From an uncultured Alphaproteobacteria bacterium (GTDB lineage Bacteria; Pseudomonadota; Alphaproteobacteria; HIMB59; GCA-002718135), in contig CACGJH010000003.1 of the NCBI GenBank assembly GCA_902573325.1, forward strand, positions 41,592 to 105,591: a stretch of DNA of 64,000 bases. The letters run 5' to 3'. The notes beneath the pieces are model-generated. The model searched no databases and was not told the DNA's origin. It saw only the letters and a program-made list of their open reading frames with translations. Positions within the stretch are counted from its first letter, which is position 1. Each line of letters starts with the position of its first letter. Of this stretch, positions 23,547 to 33,332 are shown piece after piece. A program made the translations under genes and the position numbers.

Positions 23547-24157
23547 TATTTCCTGCCCTTTACAACTTTATCTATTAAACCAAATTTAATTGCTTCATCA
23601 GCGGAGAAATACTTATCTCTTTCCATGATACTTGAAATTTCTGATAACTTCTTTCCCGTATGTTTTGAATAAATTTCATTTAATTTCAATTTTGTTTTTT
23701 TAATTTCATTAGTCTGGATTTCAATATCTGTTACCTGCCCTTGCATACCACCACTAGGTTGATGAACCATAATTCTTGAATTTGGAAGAGAAAATCTCAT
23801 TCCTTTTTCACCTGCAGTTAAAAGAAGAGAGCCTGCTGATGCAGCCTGCCCTATACAAATAGTCATAATTTTCGAAGAAACATACTGCATAGTATCATAT
23901 ATCGCTAATCCTGACCAAACAATACCTCCAGGAGAATTAATATAAAAAGAAATTTCTTTTTTTGGGTTTTCAGACTCTAGAAATAATATTTGCGCACATA
24001 TTAGACTTGCAATGTTATCGTCAATAGGACCAGTTAGAAAGATTATTCTTTCTTTTAACAGTCTTGAATAGATGTCATAAGATCTTTCACCTCTTGATGA
24101 TTGCTCAACAACCATTGGAATTAGGTTATTTGTAAAATTATCTATCGGATCTTTCAT
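23546..24157 (-). CDS. clpP: Clp protease proteolytic subunit
   Basis: [32 protein letters not shown]. Confidence 0.98.
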   Translation of the reverse strand: MKDPIDNFTNNLIPMVVEQSSRGERSYDIYSRLLKERIIFLTGPIDDNIASLICAQILFLESENPKKEISFYINSPGGIVWSGLAIYDTMQYVSSKIMTICIGQAASAGSLLLTAGEKGMRFSLPNSRIMVHQPSGGMQGQVTDIEIQTNEIKKTKLKLNEIYSKHTGKKLSEISSIMERDKYFSADEAIKFGLIDKVVKGRK

Positions 24158-25506
24158 TTTTTTGTATCTTTAATATCAAATGTTTTAACTTCAAGTTTTT
24201 TATATTCATCTTCATTTAATTTTATAACATTTGTTTTCGATTTGGAAATAATTGAATCCATTACTTTTTGCTCTAAAAGAGGTGCTCGAATTGTGTCTAG
24301 CGATGATGGATTTTTTTCAAAGTATTCCATAATCTGCTTTTCTTGACCAGGATATTGTCTGGTATATTCTAATATACCTTTGTTAATTTCTTCTTCAGAT
24401 ACAACAACTTTTTCTTCTGAAGCTATATGTTGCATTAATAAACCAAGCTTAACTCTTCTTTTTGAAATTTTTTTATATCTTTTTTTAAGATCATCGTCAT
24501 TTAATAGTTTATCATCCTCATCTAAGCTACCTTCTTTTTTAGCCTGCTCTAAACGACTCCATATTTGATTAAAATCATCTTCTAGTACTCCATCAGGTAA
24601 GTCAAATTTATAATTATTATCCAAAAGGTCCATTAATTCTTTTTTTTCTATTTGTTTTATACCTTGCTCATATTGAGTTTTGATATTACTCACTAGCAAT
24701 TCTTTAAGATCTTTTTCAGTTTTGAAACCATTCTTATCTAAATACTCTTTTGTAAGTTCAAATTTGATTTTTTCTTCAATTGAAATTATTTCAAAATTAA
24801 AAGTTGTTTTATTATATTTATCATCTTTAAGAATTTTGGACAAATTTATTTCTAGGTCTAACTTATCACCGACTTTTACTTTTTTAGAAATCAACTCCTT
24901 GTTTAAATTTGGAAGTATTCCATCATCGAACTCAAGATCTATAGGAAAATTTTTTTGAGATTTTAAATATTCTGGAAGGTCTTCTTGAGCAGATTTAAAA
25001 TTAACAATAACCTTGTCTGTATTTTTAACTTGTCTAGAACTTTCAATTTTTTTAAAGTTTTTTTGTGAAGCAATAAAATTTTTAAACTGATTTTCCTCTT
25101 CTTTTTTGCCTAATTTAATTTCATATTTATTTATTTTAAGATCTTTAAAATCTTTGAGTTTAATTTCAGGCTTTAAATCCAATTTTAAATTTATTGTTAT
25201 AGGTTTATTTTTTTCATATTTACTAAGCTCAACCTTAGGAGCTCTAAAAAGTGAGAATTTTTTTTCATCAATTAATTTCTTTGCATTCGTATCTATTACC
25301 TTTTGAATCACTTCATTTAAAACATTGTCTTCATATTTTTTCTTAACAATGTTTAAAGGCGCTTTACCCTTTCTAAAGCCAGGTATGTTTACTGTTGGTA
25401 ATATTTGATTTATTTTATTATCTACTTCAATATCAATTTCTTCATATGGAATTTCCAATGAGTATTCTTTATAAAGTTTTGTAGATTTTAATTCTTTTGT
25501 GTTCAT
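24154..25506 (-). CDS. tig: Trigger factor
   Basis: GFRKGKAP ribosome-binding signature, RRVKLGL; tig-clpP-clpX-lon order. Confidence 0.93.
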   Translation of the reverse strand: MNTKELKSTKLYKEYSLEIPYEEIDIEVDNKINQILPTVNIPGFRKGKAPLNIVKKKYEDNVLNEVIQKVIDTNAKKLIDEKKFSLFRAPKVELSKYEKNKPITINLKLDLKPEIKLKDFKDLKINKYEIKLGKKEEENQFKNFIASQKNFKKIESSRQVKNTDKVIVNFKSAQEDLPEYLKSQKNFPIDLEFDDGILPNLNKELISKKVKVGDKLDLEINLSKILKDDKYNKTTFNFEIISIEEKIKFELTKEYLDKNGFKTEKDLKELLVSNIKTQYEQGIKQIEKKELMDLLDNNYKFDLPDGVLEDDFNQIWSRLEQAKKEGSLDEDDKLLNDDDLKKRYKKISKRRVKLGLLMQHIASEEKVVVSEEEINKGILEYTRQYPGQEKQIMEYFEKNPSSLDTIRAPLLEQKVMDSIISKSKTNVIKLNEDEYKKLEVKTFDIKDTKK

Positions 25507-25522
25507 AACTCTTTAAACCTTA

Positions 25523-25607
25523 TGGTAGGCCGGAAAGGACTTGAACCTTCACACCTCGCGGCACTAGAACCTAAATCTAGCGTGTCTACCAATTCCACCA
25601 CCGGCCC
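25523..25607 (-). tRNA. tRNA-Leu (TAG)
   Basis: GGGCCGG TGGTGGAATTGGTAGACAC G CTAGA TT TAG GT TCTAG, long variable arm, GGTTCAAGTCC, CCGGCCT A CCA. Confidence 0.96.
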
Positions 25608-25673
25608 TATTATTATAAGCCTTTTATGTACAATAAATTAAAAAACAATAGAGAAAATAAACTAAATAGAAAA

Positions 25674-25751
25674 TGGGGCGAACGATGGGATTCGAACCCA
25701 CGGCATCAGGCACCACAAGCCTGCGCTCTAACCAACTGAGCTACGCTCGCC
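25674..25751 (-). tRNA. tRNA-His (GTG) with encoded G-1 and C73
   Basis: G-GCGAGCG TAGCTCAGTTGGTTAGAGC G CAGGC TT GTG GT GCCTG ... GGTTCGAATCC ... CGTTCGC C CCA. Confidence 0.96.
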
Positions 25752-25804
25752 ATATAACTTAATTAAAAAGTTTAATTTTTATATTAAATCGCTATATCAA
25801 AAAT

Positions 25805-26962
25805 ATGGAAGTTTCAAAAAGAATATTTAATCTTGAAACAGAAACTGCATTCTCTATTCTTGCTAAAGCCAATGATTTAGCAGCCAAAGGTAAAGATATT
25901 ATAAATTTGGGAATTGGACAACCTGATTTTCCAACACCAATTAATATTCAAGAAGCTGCTATTAAAGCAATTAAAGATGGTTATCATGGATATACTCCAT
26001 CAAATGGTATACCTGAATTACGAGAGGCAATTTCAGAATTAGTACTCAACAAATATAAAACAAATATCAAACCAGAAAATGTTTTAATAACTCCAGGAGG
26101 TAAGCCAGTAATTTTCATTTCAGCATTATTATTAGGAAGTGAAGACAGAGAAATAATTTTTCCCGATCCTGGTTTTCCAATTTATAGATCTATGATTAAG
26201 TATAGTGGTGCAAAAGCTGTACCATTACAACTTTCTGAAAAAGATAATTTTGAAATTAATACTGAACAATTAAAAGAATTAATTTCTGATAAAACGAGTT
26301 TGATAATAATAAATAATCCAAACAATCCAACAGGATCATATATGAATAAGAAAAAAATTACTGATCTTGTTAATTTATTAGAGCAGTACCCAAACGTATC
26401 CATTTTAAGTGATGAAATTTATAGTAATATTATTTTTAATAATGAACAAATGCCATCATTATTAGAATACGAAAGTATAAGAGATAGATTAATAGTTCTT
26501 GAGGGATGGAGCAAAACATATTGCATGACTGGATGGAGATTAGGTTGGAGTATATGGCCAGAAAATTTAATTGAACATGCTAACAAAATATGTGTCAATT
26601 ATAATTCCTGCGCTACCTCAATTTCGCAATATGCAGGATTAGAAGCAATAAAAGGTTCTCAGAAAGAAATAACAAAAATTGTTAGTGAATTTCAAAAAAG
26701 AAAAGATTACGTTTTTAATGAATTGAATAGATTGGAAAAAATTTCTTGTTTTGAACCGGGCGGCGCTTTTTATGCCTTCCCAAATATCTCAAAAACTGGA
26801 TTAAGCGGAAGTAAATTTTCAAAAGTAGCACTTCAAGAAAAAGGAGTTGCTTTAGTTCCAGGATCAAGCTTTGGAGATAATGCGAATGATTTTGTTAGAA
26901 TAAGTTTTGCTAATTCTCTAGAAAACATTAAAGAAGCAATTAAAAGATTATCTACAATATGA
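25805..26962 (+). CDS. PLP-dependent class I/II aminotransferase (aspartate aminotransferase-like)
   Basis: LGIGQPDF, NNPNNPTG, SDEIY, SKTYCMTGWRLG (PLP lysine). Confidence 0.92.
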   Translation: MEVSKRIFNLETETAFSILAKANDLAAKGKDIINLGIGQPDFPTPINIQEAAIKAIKDGYHGYTPSNGIPELREAISELVLNKYKTNIKPENVLITPGGKPVIFISALLLGSEDREIIFPDPGFPIYRSMIKYSGAKAVPLQLSEKDNFEINTEQLKELISDKTSLIIINNPNNPTGSYMNKKKITDLVNLLEQYPNVSILSDEIYSNIIFNNEQMPSLLEYESIRDRLIVLEGWSKTYCMTGWRLGWSIWPENLIEHANKICVNYNSCATSISQYAGLEAIKGSQKEITKIVSEFQKRKDYVFNELNRLEKISCFEPGGAFYAFPNISKTGLSGSKFSKVALQEKGVALVPGSSFGDNANDFVRISFANSLENIKEAIKRLSTI

Positions 26963-27300
26963 AAAAAATAGAAGCAATCATCAAACCTTTTAAACTTTCT
27001 CAAGTAAAAGAAGCGCTTCATGAAATTGGCATATCCGGAATGACATTAATTGATGTTAAGGGTTTTGGAAGACAACGAGGATCGACTGGAGGTATGGATG
27101 CTAATGAAGCTTATGATGATGAATTTTTGGCTAAAATGAAATTAGAGGTAATTGTTGAAGATAATCAAGTCGATGAAGTTATAGAATCAATAAAATCTAG
27201 TGCATACTCTGGAAAAATTGGAGATGGTAAGATTTTTGTATCAAATATAGAACAAGTATTAAGAATAAGAACCGGTGAAAAAGACAGTGATGCTGTCTAA
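26959..27300 (+). CDS. glnB: Nitrogen regulatory protein P-II with atypical T-loop
   Basis: MKKIEAIIKPFKL, KGFGRQ, GKIGDGKIFV, RIRTGE; upstream of glnA; ATGA overlap with aminotransferase. Confidence 0.93.
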   Translation: MKKIEAIIKPFKLSQVKEALHEIGISGMTLIDVKGFGRQRGSTGGMDANEAYDDEFLAKMKLEVIVEDNQVDEVIESIKSSAYSGKIGDGKIFVSNIEQVLRIRTGEKDSDAV

Positions 27301-27341
27301 TTTTTCTTTACTTTTATTTAAAAGCAAGTAATTAATCTATA

Positions 27342-27391
27342 ATCGTTCAACTCTTTTAGAGTCGGAAGTAGGCATTGTGCTGAAGGAACGC
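27342..27391 (+). ncRNA. Glutamine riboswitch aptamer 1 (glnA RNA motif)
   Basis: ATCGTTCA-ACTCT ttt AGAGT-CGGAAGTA-GGCA ttg TGCT-GAAG-GAACGC: P1 CGTTC/GAACG, P2 hairpin, AGTA/GAA E-loop, P3; upstream of glnA. Confidence 0.85.
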
Positions 27392-27406
27392 ATGCAAAAG
27401 TTATAA

Positions 27407-27460
27407 ATCGTTCAACCTATTCTAATAGGTCGGAAGTAGGCTTAAAAGCTGAAGGAACGC
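27407..27460 (+). ncRNA. Glutamine riboswitch aptamer 2 (glnA RNA motif)
   Basis: ATCGTTCA-ACCTATT ct AATAGGT-CGGAAGTA-GGCTT aa AAGCT-GAAG-GAACGC; same core as aptamer 1 with different but still paired P2/P3 stems. Confidence 0.85.
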
Positions 27461-27547
27461 GCATCAAAAGCAGATTTCATAACTAGAGCATGATTTAACC
27501 GGGTAACGCTGGATAGCATACCCTTTTGTTGAAGTAAGGAGATAGAT

Positions 27548-28978
27548 ATGAAATTAAAAAGCTCGACTCCAAAAGATTTAATGTCTGAAATTAAAGATAT
27601 GGACATTAAAATGGTTGATATGCGCTTTACTGATATACCAGGAACAACTCAACATTTTACAATACCAATTAAATTTTTAGACGAAGATATATTTTCTGAT
27701 GGACTTGGATTTGATGGATCTTCAGTAAGAGGTTTCCAAGAAATTCAAGACAGTGATATGATTGTTTTGCCAGATGCAACAACTGCATACATTGATCCAT
27801 TTTTTTCAGAAAAAACTTTAGCATTACATTGTAATATTAAAGATCCTGTAACTTTGGTTGATTATAGTCGTGACCCAAGAAATATTGCTAAAAAAGCTGA
27901 GGCATATTTAAAATCATCTGGAATTGGTGACACAGCATTTTTTGGACCAGAAGCAGAATTTTTTGTCTTTAATAATGTTCAGTTTGATTCTGGATCAAAC
28001 TTTGCATTTCACGAAGTTGATTCTGTTGAAGGTACTTGGAATAGTGGCGCAGATGAAAATCCAAACCTAGGTCATAAACCTAGACATAAAGAAGGTTATT
28101 TTCCTTTACCGCCAGTTGATACACTTCAAGATGTTAGAACTGAAATGGTAATGACAATGCAAGACATTGGTCTTACTGTTGAAGCACATCACCATGAAGT
28201 TGCAACAGGTGGACAGTGTGAAATTGATTTAGAATTTTCACCACTGTTAAAGATGGCCGATGATATGATGAAATATAAGTATGTTGTAAAAAATGTTGCC
28301 AGACAACATGGAATGACTGCTACATTTATGCCTAAACCTTTATTTGAAGATAATGGTTCAGGAATGCACGTGCATCAAAGTGTTTGGAAAGACGGTGACA
28401 CATTAATGTATAAAGAAGGTAACTATGCTAACCTAAGTGATTTAGCTCTAAACTATATTGGAGGTATTCTTAAACATGCACCTGCTCTATTAGCTTTTTG
28501 TGCTCCAACAACTAACTCTTATAAAAGATTGGTACCAGGCTTTGAGGCTCCGGTAAACATTGTTTACTCTCAAAGAAATAGAACTGCATCTGTTAGAATT
28601 CCTGCTTATTCTCAAAGCCCTAAAGCAAAAAGAATGGAATTTAGATGTCCAGATCCAAGTGCAAATCCATACTTAGCATTCTCAGCAATGTTAATGGCAG
28701 GATTAGATGGAATTAAAAATAAAATTAATCCTGGTGATCCAACAGATATAAATCTCTATGCTGCTAGCGATGAAGTTTTGTCTAAAATTCAATCTACGCC
28801 TGGATCTTTAGCTGAATCTCTTGAAGCTCTTGAGAAAGATCATGCATTTTTATTAGAGGGTGATGTATTCACCAAAGATGTAATTGAAACTTATATAAGC
28901 TATAAAAAAGAGAGTGAGGTTGACCCTATTAATATTAGACCTCATCCACACGAGTTTAAATTATACTACGACGTGTAG
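27548..28978 (+). CDS. glnA: Glutamine synthetase type I
   Basis: [64 protein letters not shown]; AAGGAG RBS at 27536. Confidence 0.98.
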   Translation: MKLKSSTPKDLMSEIKDMDIKMVDMRFTDIPGTTQHFTIPIKFLDEDIFSDGLGFDGSSVRGFQEIQDSDMIVLPDATTAYIDPFFSEKTLALHCNIKDPVTLVDYSRDPRNIAKKAEAYLKSSGIGDTAFFGPEAEFFVFNNVQFDSGSNFAFHEVDSVEGTWNSGADENPNLGHKPRHKEGYFPLPPVDTLQDVRTEMVMTMQDIGLTVEAHHHEVATGGQCEIDLEFSPLLKMADDMMKYKYVVKNVARQHGMTATFMPKPLFEDNGSGMHVHQSVWKDGDTLMYKEGNYANLSDLALNYIGGILKHAPALLAFCAPTTNSYKRLVPGFEAPVNIVYSQRNRTASVRIPAYSQSPKAKRMEFRCPDPSANPYLAFSAMLMAGLDGIKNKINPGDPTDINLYAASDEVLSKIQSTPGSLAESLEALEKDHAFLLEGDVFTKDVIETYISYKKESEVDPINIRPHPHEFKLYYDV

Positions 28979-29002
28979 AATTATATACTTGTCTCTATAA
29001 AG

Positions 29003-29028
29003 AAAACCGCCTTAGGGCGGTTTTTTTT
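29003..29028 (+). terminator. Intrinsic terminator of glnA
   Basis: AAAACCGCC-ttag-GGCGG followed by T8. Confidence 0.9.
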
Positions 29029-29064
29029 ATGTTTTTAGAACAACACTTTTGATAAGAAATATTT

Positions 29065-30999
29065 GTGGCTAAAAAATCTACTTATAATGCCAAAGATATT
29101 GAAGTACTTGAGGGTCTTGAGCCAGTTCGTAAAAGACCGGGTATGTATATTGGAAGCACAAATCAAGATGGTCTTCATCATTTAGTTAACGAAGTACTAG
29201 ATAATAGTATAGATGAAGTTTTAGCTGGTCACGCGACCGATATAACTTTTCAATATAAAAAAGATGGTTCGATAAAAATAAAAGATAATGGAAGAGGTAT
29301 TCCTATTGATTTTCATCCAAAATATAAAAATAAAAGAGCACTTGAAGTAGTTTTAACTACACTTCACGCAGGTGGTAAATTTAACAGTAATGCTTACAAA
29401 ACTTCTGGTGGATTACACGGGGTTGGGATTTCTGTTGTAAATGCATTAAGTTCTTTATTACAAGTTCAGGTATTCAAAGATGGAAAAGTGTATAAACAAG
29501 ATTACTCAAAAGGAAAAGTTAAGACAAAAATAAAAATTGAAAAATGTAGCAAAAAATTAAAAGGTACAGAAATTTCTTTTATCCCAGATGAAAGCATATT
29601 TGAAGAAACACAATTTGTTCCAAAAAAATTATATAATTTTATAAATATGAAATCAGTATTAGTTGGAGGCACAACTATCAACTTTGAAATTGATAAAGAA
29701 TTAATAAAAGATAAAACTCCTTACAAAAAAAGTTTTTTTTATAAAAAAGGAATTGAAGATTATTTTCAATTAGAATACGCAAACGACTCTAAATTATTTG
29801 AAAAAAATTTTTTATTGAAATCAAAAATTAAAGATAATGAAAATTTTGAAACTTTAATTTCATTTAATACAAATGAAAATTCAAGTTTAATGTCATATTG
29901 TAACACTATTGAAACACCAGACGGCGGCTCTCATGAAAATGGTATTCGTAATGGAATTCTAAAAGCTATAAAACTTTATGGCCAAAAAAATCAATTCTCA
30001 AAAATCAGCAATATCAATCACAGTGATATTTTTGATTACTCTAACGTTATTATTTCAATCTTTATAAATGATCCAAGTTTTGAAGGTCAAACTAAAAAGA
30101 GAATAATAATGCCAAATTTACAAAAAGAAATTGAAACAAAAACACAACAAGAATTTTTATTATGGTTAAATGCTAATAAGAAAAATTCAAAAATACTTTT
30201 AGATAATTTAATTGAAAGAGCTCTTCAAAGAACTGATTTATCAAAAATTAAAGAGTTAGATAGAAAAAGTATAAAAGAAAGAAATCGTCTTCCAGGTAAA
30301 TTAGTAGATTGTTCGAGTAAATCAATAAAAGATTCTGAAATATTTATTGTTGAAGGTGACAGTGCTGGAGGTTCTGCTAAGCAAGCAAGAAATAGAGAAT
30401 TTCAAGCAATACTTCCTTTAAGGGGGAAAATATTAAATGTTTATAATGTTGGGTTATCTAAAATTGCTGATAACAATGAAATACAAAATCTTATTCAATC
30501 TTTAGGTTGTGGTATTGGAAAAAACTTTGAAATTTCAAAACTTCGATATGAGAAAATAATTTTAATGACTGATGCGGACGTAGATGGTTCACATATTGCA
30601 ACTCTGCTTATTACTTTTTTTTATAAATATATGAAAAGTTTAATTGATGAAAATAAACTATATCTAGCAATGCCTCCTTTATTTAAAATTTATAACAAAA
30701 ATAAATCTTTTTATGCATATGATGAAGAAGAGAAAGATAAATTAATTGAAAAAGAATTTAAGTCTGACAATTATAACATTACAAGATTTAAAGGTTTGGG
30801 TGAAATGCCAGCTGATCAATTGAAAGAGACCACAATGGATCAAAACAAAAGAAATCTAATATTGATTAACTCTGAAAAAGCTAAGAAAGATATGAAGAAT
30901 ACAGAAAGTTTATTCGAAACCTTAATGGGAAAACAAGCAGAGTTACGTTTTAAATTTATTCAAAATAATGCTAACTTCATTAAAAATTTAGACGTCTAA
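29065..30999 (+). CDS. parE: DNA topoisomerase IV subunit B
   Basis: EGLEPVRKRPGMYIG, LHAGGKF, VEGDSAGGSAKQAR, PLRGKILN, MTDADVDGSHI, RFKGLGEM; 644 aa without GyrB insert. Confidence 0.88.
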   Translation: MAKKSTYNAKDIEVLEGLEPVRKRPGMYIGSTNQDGLHHLVNEVLDNSIDEVLAGHATDITFQYKKDGSIKIKDNGRGIPIDFHPKYKNKRALEVVLTTLHAGGKFNSNAYKTSGGLHGVGISVVNALSSLLQVQVFKDGKVYKQDYSKGKVKTKIKIEKCSKKLKGTEISFIPDESIFEETQFVPKKLYNFINMKSVLVGGTTINFEIDKELIKDKTPYKKSFFYKKGIEDYFQLEYANDSKLFEKNFLLKSKIKDNENFETLISFNTNENSSLMSYCNTIETPDGGSHENGIRNGILKAIKLYGQKNQFSKISNINHSDIFDYSNVIISIFINDPSFEGQTKKRIIMPNLQKEIETKTQQEFLLWLNANKKNSKILLDNLIERALQRTDLSKIKELDRKSIKERNRLPGKLVDCSSKSIKDSEIFIVEGDSAGGSAKQARNREFQAILPLRGKILNVYNVGLSKIADNNEIQNLIQSLGCGIGKNFEISKLRYEKIILMTDADVDGSHIATLLITFFYKYMKSLIDENKLYLAMPPLFKIYNKNKSFYAYDEEEKDKLIEKEFKSDNYNITRFKGLGEMPADQLKETTMDQNKRNLILINSEKAKKDMKNTESLFETLMGKQAELRFKFIQNNANFIKNLDV

Positions 31000-31002
31000 T
31001 TT

Positions 31003-32484
31003 ATGAAAAAATATTTTTTGGTAATAGATCAAGGAACAACAAGTTCAAGAATTGTACTGTATAATAAAAAATTTGAAATATTCGATATTGTCCAAAAAGA
31101 ATTTAAACAATATTTTCCCAATGAAGGATGGGTAGAACATAATGCAACAGAAATTTGGGATGATGTAAGAAATTTAATTTCAAAAATATTAAGAAAAAAT
31201 AAGCTAAATTCAAAAAATATAATTTCAATTGGAATTACCAATCAAAGAGAAACAACAGTTTTGTGGAATAAGAAAACTGGGAAACCAGTTTACAGAGCAA
31301 TAGTCTGGCAAGATAGAAGAACAGCTAATCTTTGTGAAAATTTAAAAAAAAGGGGGATTGATAAAAAAATTCAAAAAATAACTGGTCTAGAGCTTGATCC
31401 ATATTTTTCAGCTACTAAAATTAAATGGATTATTGATAATGTTAAGGAAGTAAATAAGAATTTAAAAAATAATAATTTACTTTTTGGAACAATAGACACC
31501 TGGCTATTATGGAAATTAACCAAGGGAAAATCTCACATAACAGATATATCAAATGCCTCAAGAACCATGATTTTTGATTCTCAAAAAGAGCAGTGGTCTG
31601 ACAAAATTTTAAAAATATTTAATATTCCAAAAAATATCTTACCAACTGTAGTTGAAAATGCATATGATTTTGGCTCTACTAAATTATTTGGTGATTCAAT
31701 ACCAATTGGAGGCATGGCTGGAGACCAACAGTCAGCAACAATTGGTCAAGCTTGTTTTAAAAAAGGGCAATCAAAAAGTACATATGGTACAGGCTGTTTT
31801 CTTCTTATGAATATTGGAGAAAAATTTAAATTATCTAAAAATAGATTACTAACAACTGTTGCTTTTAAAATAAATGGTAAAAAAATGTTTTGCTATGAAG
31901 GAAGTATTTTTGTAGCAGGCTCTGCCATACAATGGCTTCGCGATAATTTAAAATTTATAAAAGATTCTAGTGAAACTGATAAATTTTATAAAAAAGCTAA
32001 TAAAGATGAAAGTTTATTTTTTGTCCCAGCCTTAACAGGACTTGGCGCCCCATATTGGAACCCTAATGCAAGAGGAACATTTTTTGGCATCACTAGAAAT
32101 ACGTCTAAAGAAGATATCATCAAAGCAACTTTGGACAGCCTATCTTTTCAAACTTATGAATTAATTGAGTGTATGGAAAAAGACTCTAAAACAAAGATTA
32201 ATGAAATAAGAGTTGATGGAGGTATGGTTAAAAATAATAGCTTTCTACAAAGTTTAGCAAATATTTCTCAAATTAAAATTATTAGACCAAGTAATGTTGA
32301 GACTACTTCACTTGGCGCAGCATATCTTGCAGCAATTCAATCTGGATATTTAAAAAATACAAGCCAAATAAGTAAACTTTGGAAAAGAGATAAAACAGTA
32401 AAAGCAAATATTAACAAATCCATTTCAACTTCTAATATTAGTAAGTGGAAATCAATTATAAATGTAGTCAATAATTTTTATTAA
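31003..32484 (+). CDS. glpK: Glycerol kinase
   Basis: DQGTTSSR, ITNQRETT, WQDRRT, DPYFSATK, GDQQ, KSTYGTG, GLGAPYW. Confidence 0.95.
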   Translation: MKKYFLVIDQGTTSSRIVLYNKKFEIFDIVQKEFKQYFPNEGWVEHNATEIWDDVRNLISKILRKNKLNSKNIISIGITNQRETTVLWNKKTGKPVYRAIVWQDRRTANLCENLKKRGIDKKIQKITGLELDPYFSATKIKWIIDNVKEVNKNLKNNNLLFGTIDTWLLWKLTKGKSHITDISNASRTMIFDSQKEQWSDKILKIFNIPKNILPTVVENAYDFGSTKLFGDSIPIGGMAGDQQSATIGQACFKKGQSKSTYGTGCFLLMNIGEKFKLSKNRLLTTVAFKINGKKMFCYEGSIFVAGSAIQWLRDNLKFIKDSSETDKFYKKANKDESLFFVPALTGLGAPYWNPNARGTFFGITRNTSKEDIIKATLDSLSFQTYELIECMEKDSKTKINEIRVDGGMVKNNSFLQSLANISQIKIIRPSNVETTSLGAAYLAAIQSGYLKNTSQISKLWKRDKTVKANINKSISTSNISKWKSIINVVNNFY

Positions 32485-33289
32485 GATTTAACCAATTTGA
32501 AAGTTCTAAAGAATGGATGTCTTCATCAACTACATCATCATATATATGTAATTCTTTTTTCTCAAGATTATCAGGGTTTTGTAAAATCATTTTTTCGTTT
32601 TCAAATTCTGATAAATTTTCATATACTTTTTGTTCCAACAAAATATCTTTTCTCATTTCCATAAGTCCGGCCATCCATTTTGAATTAAATTCTGGATGGT
32701 ATTGCACTGCCCAAACACTTGATTGATTTACTTCAAAGCTTATAGATTGGAATTGACTGATCTTATTTGAGGCTAGTACCTTAGTTTCTTTTGGAAGCTT
32801 TTCTGCTTCATCATAATGCCAACATAGTGCATTAAATGATTTTTTTTTGTTTTTATACATGGGATGAATTTCACCATCTTGATTTAATGTAATATTTTTA
32901 GCTAAAACTGCTTCAAGGCCATTTGGATTTTTTCTTACTTTACCTCCTGCGGCAGTTACTAAAACCTGAAGCCCCCAACAACTACCAAATATTTTATTCT
33001 TTTTTTTAAATAATTCTTTAGCTAAATCTATTTGATTAGTTATGGATTTTGTCATGTTATATATATTAAGTAAGCTTCCTGTCCAAGCAACCGCTTCGAA
33101 ATCGTCAAGACTTATGCCTAAAGGAAGATAATTATTATGAACAGCAGGATGAATTGTTGTAATATTGATAGTTGAACTAGAATATTTTTTTAAAATTTTT
33201 TCATATACTTGAAATTGAGTATCCATACCCAATTTTGTATACCGATCAGAAGCTTCTTTTTCATTTCCATCGACTAATAATATGTTCAT
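32468..33289 (-). CDS. Class I glutamine amidotransferase-like protein
   Basis: WTGS, GSCWGLQ nucleophile elbow, QYHPE His-Glu. Confidence 0.85.
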   Translation of the reverse strand: MNILLVDGNEKEASDRYTKLGMDTQFQVYEKILKKYSSSTINITTIHPAVHNNYLPLGISLDDFEAVAWTGSLLNIYNMTKSITNQIDLAKELFKKKNKIFGSCWGLQVLVTAAGGKVRKNPNGLEAVLAKNITLNQDGEIHPMYKNKKKSFNALCWHYDEAEKLPKETKVLASNKISQFQSISFEVNQSSVWAVQYHPEFNSKWMAGLMEMRKDILLEQKVYENLSEFENEKMILQNPDNLEKKELHIYDDVVDEDIHSLELSNWLNLNKNY

Positions 33290-33332
33290 ATTTATCTTTA
33301 TTTTTCATCTATCATGAAATATGTAAAACTTC

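Noticed and set aside
27342-27460. Two direct repeats with variable interiors as a mini-CRISPR
   Set aside because: Only two units, the variable parts are self-complementary hairpins, no cas genes; fits the glnA riboswitch fold
29065-30999. gyrB call
   Set aside because: LEPVRKRPG, length of 644 aa and lack of the proteobacterial GyrB insertion favour ParE
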